Origin: Candidatus Bathyarchaeia archaeon
Lineage (GTDB): Archaea; Thermoproteota; Bathyarchaeia; Bathyarchaeales; Bathycorpusculaceae
NCBI GenBank assembly: GCA_037481775.1
Contig: JBBFKZ010000023.1
Location: forward strand, 1-25,944
DNA length: 25,944 nucleotides
Direction of reading: 5' to 3'
Both the position numbers and the translations under genes were made by a program. Below are positions 16,267 to 23,857 of the stretch, piece after piece; the stretch's first letter is position 1, and each line of letters starts with the position of its first letter. The notes under the pieces are model-generated. The model was not told the DNA's origin, did no database searches, and saw nothing but the letters and a program-made list of their open reading frames with translations.

Positions 16267-17694
16267 ATGGTTGCAAACACCGACTTGCAAGATGCTGTAC
16301 CCATTCCGTTGCTAACAGAAAAATGGTTTGAGAAGAGATTTCCAGAAATGGATAAAATTCGGGTCTTAGATGGATTAGGCGAGCAGTGGAAAAAGCGAAA
16401 ATTAAATTCCATAATCGTGGTGGCATTTCACGCAGACTTGGAGGTAGCACAGCTTAAGCACTTTTTCCCGCTTTTTCTTGTGCAACACCTAATACAAAAC
16501 GGCTATTCCATAAACCCTGTTGTTTATATTGGCGCACTTAGAGACATCGGACGCGGCTATCACAGGGGAGACATAAGCGAACGCGTTGCAGAAGCACATA
16601 AATTCTTTCAGAGTGTCTTCACGCCCAATGTGAAAGTAGTCATTGTTGAAGATAGAATCGAAATACAACGAGATGTTTACAGCATTTTAAGAATATTGGA
16701 ATTTGAAAAAAGCCTTCAATCAATACTTGAGCAGATTAATACGCCAGAAAAACTTGAAAGAAAAACGATTAAGCTAAAAGAGAGAACATACACCCTAACC
16801 GAGTTTGAAAAGGAACTGCTTAAAATATACCTTTTCGAAAGAAACAAGCTGGGCACTGAAATAAAGAAATACCCCTATGTAAGCTGGGGCCTAGAATCAC
16901 TCGGATATCTGGGTGCATCATACTATATTTTTGACGAATCAAACGCGGGCCTATCAGTTCTTAAAAAATTAATTTGTGCAGATCAAGGCATTGAGTATCC
17001 AGCAACCATCGTTTTACCAGACCCTGTGACAATTTCAGGCAAGCCCATGCGATACCTGCACTCAAGAGACTTGAACCCAGATGAAACACTGTTTATAATA
17101 GACTCCTACAGTGACATTAGCCGAAAAATTTACGAACAAGAAACCGTATCCACACGATTCCTTAGCTATCTCGTACGGAACATAATTCGCCCGTTTGCCA
17201 AGCCATCTAAAGATGTGGATTATTGTTGTGAAAAATTTGCGGCAAACAGAAAAAATGAAGATGAAATCGCGTCGCGTGAATTGAAACGCATAGTGCTGAA
17301 GTGCTACTGGGATTTCATAAAGCCCTATTATGAGCGGATGGAGATAACTCTTGGCACACATGAAAGCCTATTCGTTCCCGAAGAGTTAACTGAGAAGACG
17401 CTTGACGCGCTGGGCTCTAAGAGAAACAGACAAATCCTGATGGAGCTAGCCAGCCATTACCAGAAACACGGTTCGCCAATGACAGTAAACGAACTATTTG
17501 AACGGTTAGAGCTCAAAAAGGGCGCTAAAAAGGGGCTTTGGAGAAACTTGGACGAACTCGTAAAATGCGGCTTAGTTGACAGAATACCTGAGGGGAAGAA
17601 GCTTCATAAATACAGCATATACGGAAACAAAACCATAATCCGGATAAGACTATCCCTTCTTGAAGACCGCGGCATCACCCGCGGAAACGTCTAA
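16267..17694 (+). CDS. Degenerate tyrosyl-tRNA-synthetase-like (class Ic) protein fused to C-terminal ArsR-type winged-helix domain; putative transcription regulator
   Basis: Colinear similarity to archaeal TyrRS landmarks (see findings). [32 protein letters not shown] wHTH begins at 17401. Confidence 0.72.
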   Translation: [475 protein letters not shown]

Positions 17695-17823
17695 CAGAAA
17701 ACGGAACAGCACCATCACAGATGATTATTCCATAAAAATTTACGAAAAACACAATGAATAAAAGTGTTGATGAAATGTTGACGTGACTCAAGAATGTACG
17801 CGAATTTAACGTAAATGATCTTG

Positions 17824-17901
17824 TGGTGGACTGGGCGGGATTTGAACCCGCGGCCTCCACGATGCCAACGTGGCGATCATACCAGACTGATCTACCAGCC
17901 C
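17824..17901 (-). tRNA. tRNA-Ala(GGC), CCA encoded
   Basis: GGGCTGG/CCAGTCC acceptor with G3:U70; CCACG-TTGGCAT-CGTGG; GCGGG-TTCAAAT-CCCGC; A-CCA. Confidence 0.97.
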
Positions 17902-18017
17902 ACAAACACAGTAAGCATCAACAAAAAACATTTAAGCATTATGTCTCCGTTGCGGAATACGATAACAAGATGTTACAGAGAATGGGCGATAATCCGAAAT
18001 TGGAAATTAGGTAAATG

Positions 18018-18860
18018 CTAACTCTGCTCTGCACTTGGTTCCGCATCAGTTTCGCTTGGTTGCGCAGCTTCAGAAGCAAGGCGCCGCCGCCTTCGCCTCA
18101 GCACCACAACTGTTACGGCGACAGCTACGAGCACCACAACTGCTATTATTATCCCATACAGCAGAAATGTTTGCTGGCTTGCTTTCTGCTCAGCATTCAA
18201 CCGCTCTATTTCACGCGCTTGTTCCAATAGGTCAGACGCGTTATACAAATGCGGCAAGGCTTCTTGCCACTTTCCTTCAAGCGCCAAAGGTTGTGCCTTA
18301 GCAAATTCGCTTTGTGCCTGCTGCACTAGCGAGCGGGCTTCCGCGCTTTCGTATTTAGTGTGAATTGACTCGTTTAGTTCGTGTTCAACTTGTGACATCA
18401 TAATTGAGTAGTATTTCTCGCTGAAATGACGAATTTGCACGGTTGACATTGGCGAATCCCATGAGAAAGCAGTGGTTGAGCCTTGTCTGCCTTCGATGCC
18501 TACGAAATAGCTGTGTTCACCTAAACTTGCGTTTATTGGAATTTGAATAGATATGGGATCGAAGATGTAGCTGCCAGAGCTCTGGATGAGCACAGGATCG
18601 TCAGATAAGTCGTAACCGTAAAAGCCATCCTCGGGCATCCAGTCGAAGTGTATTCCTATGTAATAGATGAGTAACTGTTCAGCAGAGCTGCTTTTTAACG
18701 CTATCCTAACGGTTGCTATGTCGCCCTGGTAGAGTGGTTGGCTTTCCCAATATAGTGATACTGAGATTTCATTCGTTTCAAGAGCAGATAGGGGCTTAAC
18801 ACAGAGCATGCAGATGAGGCTTATAGAAATTAAAGTAGCCAGTAATGGAAGTAGTCTCAA
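18018..18860 (-). CDS. Secreted membrane-anchored protein (Ig-like domain, helical stalk, TM, Arg6 tail)
   Basis: GGAGGAG SD before TTG at 18860, then a signal peptide; beta-rich N-half; helical C-half; TM followed by RRRRRR. Confidence 0.8.
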   Translation of the reverse strand: MRLLPLLATLISISLICMLCVKPLSALETNEISVSLYWESQPLYQGDIATVRIALKSSSAEQLLIYYIGIHFDWMPEDGFYGYDLSDDPVLIQSSGSYIFDPISIQIPINASLGEHSYFVGIEGRQGSTTAFSWDSPMSTVQIRHFSEKYYSIMMSQVEHELNESIHTKYESAEARSLVQQAQSEFAKAQPLALEGKWQEALPHLYNASDLLEQAREIERLNAEQKASQQTFLLYGIIIAVVVLVAVAVTVVVLRRRRRRLASEAAQPSETDAEPSAEQS

Positions 18861-19071
18861 TAAGGCTCCTCCGGTAAATCCCATGTGCGCTGACTTGCTT
18901 ATATGTTTTAGCCAGAATTGGCTCCAAAATGGCGGTAAATGTTTTTTGTTGAAAGAATGATTGAAACTATTGTAAGCTAAAGGTTTTACGGGTTCTAACG
19001 TATAAGCAAAACTTAATAGCGCACCCAATATTTGAATAGACAATTAAAAAGTCAGTCGTGGAAGAGGTGCA

Positions 19072-19251
19072 ATGGTGGGGAATGAAGGGAAAGGAACCTT
19101 ATTTAGACTGAAAGGCTCTAAATACCTGCTTTATCTGCCTGTGCGCGTAGCAGACGACAGCATGTTTCCCTTCAAATGCGAAAAGGCAATTCCAGTGCGC
19201 ATAAGTTTTACGCCTGGCGACGACAAAGTCATCATAGAAAAATGGAAATAA
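19072..19251 (+). CDS. 59-aa AbrB/SpoVT-like (swapped-hairpin) small protein, missed by ORF track
   Basis: GAGGTG SD; MVGNEGKGTLFRLKGSKYLLYLPVRVADDSMFPFKCEKAIPVRISFTPGDDKVIIEKWK, with a beta-beta-'LP'-helix-beta-beta pattern. Confidence 0.75.
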   Translation: MVGNEGKGTLFRLKGSKYLLYLPVRVADDSMFPFKCEKAIPVRISFTPGDDKVIIEKWK

Positions 19252-19358
19252 GAAGAAAACAGGTGTTAAGGGTTTAAAATTTCTTCAATTGCCAATGGCA
19301 GCTAATTGTTGTTTGCATTTCAATGAAGACCTAACTTGACATGAAGTGCCCGCGCATC

Positions 19359-20159
19359 CTATTTTGGGGTGATGGGAAAAGAGAGTTTGAGCGCTGCGTC
19401 TTCGCGCCATTTGATTGAAACTTTCTCTCTGAACTTGTCTCGAGCAAGAAACCTTCCAAATTCTTCAATTACTGGTTCTGGGCGAGAGCAAAAAATCACT
19501 TCGCCTTTCTCGTTCGTCCACACTGTTAAGCCTCTGGTTTTCCCTTTATGAACCAAGTGCAAAAACGCGTTTTCTTCGTCAATATGGAACATAGCGACAG
19601 CGTTGCCTCCATTATTTGGTGCTTTCAAGGTGCATAGAAGTTCATACAAAGCGTTATCAACATCCTCAATCTCATTTAATATCTCACCAAAATAATGGGG
19701 AATAACCTCTGAGTCAACAAAGCCGATTTTCTCGCTCTCAAAAACGTGCCCCTTTAACCGTTTCTTAAGTTCCTGATAATTCTCGACTTTGCCGTTATGC
19801 GCCGAAACAATAGTCAATTCCTTCTCGAAGTGCTCAATGTATGGCTGTGTTGCCTCTTTAAACTTCGCCGTGCCCATGAATTCTTCACTTGGATACCGCA
19901 CATGCCCAATCAAAACCGAAACCTCGGAAAGCTGTGGCTCGATAATTTTTGCAAGATGCGCCGCTGGGGAACCATCTACTTTTCCAACTTTTTCCAGCAA
20001 GATAGCACCATCGTTGAGCATAACAGCAACGCCGGCACCGTAGCCGCCAACGGGTTTGGTTTCTTCGGGGTACTGGCTAACCTCAAGTTTTTGAAGTATA
20101 CGGAAAATTATGGAGATATGAACTGCGCTTTTTAGGGAGAAACCAAATATTCCACACAT
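19359..20159 (-). CDS. Stand-alone class II glutamine amidotransferase-like Ntn hydrolase
   Basis: Start MCGIFG (nucleophile Cys), IGHVRY, SAHNG, VDSEV. The start must be ATG 20159 for the Cys to be N-terminal. Confidence 0.88.
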   Translation of the reverse strand: MCGIFGFSLKSAVHISIIFRILQKLEVSQYPEETKPVGGYGAGVAVMLNDGAILLEKVGKVDGSPAAHLAKIIEPQLSEVSVLIGHVRYPSEEFMGTAKFKEATQPYIEHFEKELTIVSAHNGKVENYQELKKRLKGHVFESEKIGFVDSEVIPHYFGEILNEIEDVDNALYELLCTLKAPNNGGNAVAMFHIDEENAFLHLVHKGKTRGLTVWTNEKGEVIFCSRPEPVIEEFGRFLARDKFREKVSIKWREDAALKLSFPITPK

Positions 20160-20398
20160 ATCGCCCCAAGCTCCTTTCAATATTAGTTTCGTTTTTCTCG
20201 TTAATAGCTCTTTTAGTACGAGCCAAAGCGACAAGGCAGCTCTGTAGGTGATGCTGCTTAACCCGCCTAATCTTGCAGATGGATAATTTTTATGCTAACA
20301 CAGAAACCGTGGATGCCATTAGAAGCCGCTATGGCAAATTGTTCTTTTGGAACGAAACACTACCATAAGAAAGGGGGTTTCTGAAGAGAAAAGTGGAT

Positions 20399-20971
20399 TT
20401 AATAGTTTTCACACCAGACTTCGAAGTAGCTTCTTGGGTGACTGCAGACAGGGCATTTCTCAGGTGCCTCGCTGCCTTCATACACGTGACCGCAGTTTCT
20501 GCACTTCCACTTTATCGGTTTGTCTTTCTTGAACACTTTGCCCTGTTTAATGTTCTCCAATAGCTTCAGATATCTGCGTTCGTGATAAGCTTCCACTTTG
20601 GCAACCATGCGGAATGTATTAGCCACCTCGGTGAAGCCTTCTTGCTCAGCTACTTCTGCGAACTGGGGGTAGATTGTGCCCCACTCCATTTTTTCGCCTT
20701 CCGCTGCCTCTTTCAGGTTTTCCGCGGTTGACGCAATTACTCCTGCTGGGTAAGTGGCTTTTAGCTCCACCAGCCCGCCTTTAAGGTGTTTAAAGAAAAG
20801 TTTTGCATGTTCTTTCTCGTTGTCAGCTGTTTCCTCGAAGATTGCGGCTATCTGCTCGTAACCCTCTTTTCTGGCTATGCTAGCAAAGAAATTATATCTG
20901 GATCTGGCTTGAGATTCACCTGCGAACGCGGCTAAAAGGTTTTTTTCTGTTTTGCTACCTTTAAAATCCAT
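20399..20971 (-). CDS. rbr: Rubrerythrin
   Basis: NLLAAFAGESQA, EKEH, EGE, EAYH di-iron motifs; C-terminal CRNCG..CPVC rubredoxin domain; GGAGG SD before ATG 20971. Confidence 0.96.
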   Translation of the reverse strand: MDFKGSKTEKNLLAAFAGESQARSRYNFFASIARKEGYEQIAAIFEETADNEKEHAKLFFKHLKGGLVELKATYPAGVIASTAENLKEAAEGEKMEWGTIYPQFAEVAEQEGFTEVANTFRMVAKVEAYHERRYLKLLENIKQGKVFKKDKPIKWKCRNCGHVYEGSEAPEKCPVCSHPRSYFEVWCENY

Positions 20972-21250
20972 AATTCGTCCTCCTACCTGATAGCATGTTC
21001 GAAGCATGAAATAAGAGTTTCTTCTTTGCAAGCAGTTCTTGATAACTGAACTCGTTTGGCTACAGCAAGTGCTCGCTAACGCCGTGATAGCCCCTCTATA
21101 GGTTTCTGCAATGAATCGCTAATAGCCGCCAAATATGGTGGGTTATGGTTTTGATTTTCTGGTTCGCCATTTAGGTTTTGTGGTTTGCGTTGATAAAGAA
21201 AGCGTATTGTGCGCTGGTTGGTTGCTTGAGGCTTTTGGTTTTGCTTTTGA

Positions 21251-21514
21251 CTATAATTTTTTTAGTATGGACAATGCTGCAATTATGAGGAATGTTATTC
21301 CAGCCCAGAAGAGGCTACCTGTAAAGAACCAGACTGCTAGCGCGAGAAGTATTGCGGGAATTAGCACAATAAGCAGCTTGACGAGCAATATTATTATTAC
21401 GCCGATTACGAGTAGCGCAATTAGTGTAACTATGTCGATTTGAGTGACAGCAGTGAAGTGGCGTATAAGCGTGTAAATCATTGCCATAATAGCATTTGGC
21501 ATAAGCCTCATCAA
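21251..21514 (-). CDS. Small hydrophobic membrane protein (start uncertain)
   Basis: About 60 contiguous hydrophobic residues ending ILKKL. Confidence 0.65.
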   Translation of the reverse strand: MMRLMPNAIMAMIYTLIRHFTAVTQIDIVTLIALLVIGVIIILLVKLLIVLIPAILLALAVWFFTGSLFWAGITFLIIAALSILKKL

Positions 21515-21578
21515 AATCGGTTAAATGTAGCTATGCGATAAAATATGTTTTTCCAAAAGGAGCACTATATGGGGAACG

Positions 21579-22091
21579 TTACATGTTTATTTTTGCCTTA
21601 ATTTTTGGAAGAATCTCTTTCTGCATTTGAGTAATGCCGAAAGTTGTGATTTTAAATTTTTCGTCAGCAGTTTTTGTTGCCAGGTCGCTTTTTACGAGTT
21701 CACCTAAACGGGTGCTGGTTATTTTGCTGCTTTTTCCAAGTTTTGCCTGCAACTCCTCTTTTGAGAGAGCGTTACTTTCCATTATGCCCAGCTTGTGCCC
21801 CAAATAACCTGCCATAAGCCATAGCAGTAAAGTTTCGTTATCGGTTATTTTGTTTTTTGGCGCTAGAACGTTTGCGCCTTCTGGAGAGAAGGCGATTATT
21901 CCTTCACAGTCCTTGGCAAGTTGCTGGAGGTCGATATTTAGCCATAGTTTATTGGCGATTTCAAATTGTGGGAGAAACTCGCTGAAAAACTTATTCAGCA
22001 ACAGCCAAGTCTCTTCAAGTGTTGCGGAGAACGATTTTTCTAAATCCTTATATTTTATGTGGACTGTGGCTTTTTCTGACTTTTCGATCAA
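21579..22091 (-). CDS. Winged-helix protein C of a three-gene operon
   Basis: LSKEEL...STRLGELVK...FKITTFG; TTG start overlaps the upstream TGA (TTGA). Confidence 0.8.
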   Translation of the reverse strand: MIEKSEKATVHIKYKDLEKSFSATLEETWLLLNKFFSEFLPQFEIANKLWLNIDLQQLAKDCEGIIAFSPEGANVLAPKNKITDNETLLLWLMAGYLGHKLGIMESNALSKEELQAKLGKSSKITSTRLGELVKSDLATKTADEKFKITTFGITQMQKEILPKIKAKINM

Positions 22092-22558
22092 CCCATTTTA
22101 CCTCTAAGTTTTGATAGAACTTCGTCTTCTACCCATTTTTCGCCTTGAATCGTCAGCTTGAATTCTGGCTTGTTTGGGTCGGGCTTGAAGACGTGTCCTC
22201 GTTTGGTCATTTCGTTAAGCCGTGCGGGCACCATGATTTTTATGCCGCTGGACTCCAGAAGCTTGGTTATCTGTGCGGCAGTGTTTGTTTTGTCAGGTGA
22301 AGCGTAGAGAGTTAAACCTACTGCTTCATAATGGGTGAGTTTTTCTCGTGCTACTATGACGGGGCCTTCAGTTGTGAGCTCGACTATGCCTTTCAGCTGT
22401 GCTCCGGAAGGCGTGAGCTTGTTTGAAACGAAGTCAGATAACTTTTCAAGAAAGTTTTCTGGCATATTTTCCAGCATTTCAAGGACTTCTTTAGGGTTCT
22501 CGCCTTGAATGACGATTTCGCCGAATGCTGTTTTAATCCGTGCTTCGATGTGTTTCAT
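22088..22558 (-). CDS. Winged-helix protein B of a three-gene operon
   Basis: TAAQITKLL...ARLNEMTKRG...FKLTIQG; GGAGGAG SD inside the upstream gene; 26-nt overlap. Confidence 0.82.
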   Translation of the reverse strand: MKHIEARIKTAFGEIVIQGENPKEVLEMLENMPENFLEKLSDFVSNKLTPSGAQLKGIVELTTEGPVIVAREKLTHYEAVGLTLYASPDKTNTAAQITKLLESSGIKIMVPARLNEMTKRGHVFKPDPNKPEFKLTIQGEKWVEDEVLSKLRGKMG

Positions 22559-23081
22559 GGAGTGTTTCTCCTCCCGAGCTTGAAGGTTTTTCCTCGGCGA
22601 GTATGTAAACGAAGCCCGTGTTTGTGTTCCAGCGTCGCACCATGCCCTTGTCCGCTAGCTTGTTCAGTGTTGACTCTAAAGTGTGCGGCGTATACTTGAG
22701 CTTGTTTGCTTTTATGGCCTCGTTTAGTTCTTCCATGGTTCTTGGTCGCCATTTGCCCCAGTCAGTTTCCAAGAGTCGGAGCACGGCATCTTCACAGCTG
22801 GCGACGGCGGTGATTTTTGGGTATGATTGTATGGGTTTGGGTGTTTCTTTTGTTTGCGGTGCCGGCTCAGTTTTTACAGTTAATGTTGCGATGGTCTTGG
22901 GTTTTATGTTTTCGAATGCCTTTTGAACAGGGGTGATGATGTTTGGAAGGTTTTCAAGGGTTTTTGTTACTTCTTCGTGTGTCCCTTTGATTTCGATTTC
23001 GTTTTCTCCGATTTTGATGCGGAAGACAAAGGCACTTTCTTTTTGGCTTGTTTCTTTCGGTTCGTCCTTTTTGTTTGTCAA
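22533..23081 (-). CDS. Winged-helix protein A of a three-gene operon
   Basis: N-terminal RIKIGENEIEIKG hairpin plus helix; PRTMEELNEAI...TLNKLADKGMVRR...FVY wHTH. Confidence 0.82.
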   Translation of the reverse strand: MTNKKDEPKETSQKESAFVFRIKIGENEIEIKGTHEEVTKTLENLPNIITPVQKAFENIKPKTIATLTVKTEPAPQTKETPKPIQSYPKITAVASCEDAVLRLLETDWGKWRPRTMEELNEAIKANKLKYTPHTLESTLNKLADKGMVRRWNTNTGFVYILAEEKPSSSGGETLHETHRSTD

Positions 23082-23200
23082 TGTTATCCCTTGTTATACA
23101 CTTATGTTGTGCTTTTTAGAATTTTTGTCTTTTGGAATATTTCGGGGTTGGGAATAAACTGTTATATATTAAGACGCAATATTCAGTGTAAATTGAGCCA

Positions 23201-23848
23201 GTGAACAGGAGACCTGCCCGTTTGCGAAAAAAGGGAATGACCATATGGCTCTTCAGCACCCTCACCTTCATCGCACTTATACATCTAATAGACGCTGCAA
23301 CAGCCATACTTTTCAATAACCCGCCCAGACTTCTCCAAATATACCCGGGCATAAGCAATCAACTACAGCAAATACCCACAAACATTTACCTCCTTGCAGC
23401 TACAGCCTCAACCATCACCTTTTGGGCAGCAACATGCCTAACAGCCTTCGACAACCCGCTAGAAGCCTTCCTAAACAAGATCATCGCCGACGCCAAACAG
23501 CAAAGCACCATCGAAACGCAAATATTAGAAAGCAAAAGCGAACTATTCGACCTAATGTATGAAACAATAGAATCAGACAGCCAAATACTCGCTCAAGTTA
23601 AGGACTTAATGCGCAACATCCGCGCCGAAGTTAAAGACATACAACCCATAAAAGAAACAATAGAGAAAACACGCGCCGAACTGAGCAGCCTAAAAAAGGA
23701 AATAAAAATTCTCGAGGAACACACCCTTTTCACCTTAGCTTGCACAAGCTGCGGCATGCTACTGCGACCAGACTTCAAGCTCTGCCCCTACTGCGGCGAA
23801 AGCCTAACCCTAGAAGAAAAAATGATAATGGTCAAAGAATACAAATAG
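23201..23848 (+). CDS. Membrane protein with two TM helices, a coiled coil and a C-terminal zinc ribbon
   Basis: Two hydrophobic helices, heptad-rich segment, CTSCG...CPYCG. Confidence 0.8.
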   Translation: MNRRPARLRKKGMTIWLFSTLTFIALIHLIDAATAILFNNPPRLLQIYPGISNQLQQIPTNIYLLAATASTITFWAATCLTAFDNPLEAFLNKIIADAKQQSTIETQILESKSELFDLMYETIESDSQILAQVKDLMRNIRAEVKDIQPIKETIEKTRAELSSLKKEIKILEEHTLFTLACTSCGMLLRPDFKLCPYCGESLTLEEKMIMVKEYK

Positions 23849-23857
23849 CCGCAACCG

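Noticed and set aside
16267-17400. Calling this gene an active tyrS/trpS or a cyclodipeptide synthase
   Set aside because: HIGH/KMSKS and substrate residues are eroded. It keeps an anticodon-domain-like region that CDPSs lack, and I see no CDPS GxSxxN/YxxxExP motifs.
17675-18021. Three short ORFs over tRNA-Ala
   Set aside because: They are translations of the tRNA gene and its flanks.
23147-23172. dif site at the skew switch (..AATAA-ACTG-TTAT..)
   Set aside because: The spacer is 4 bp rather than 6. A TATA region explains it better.
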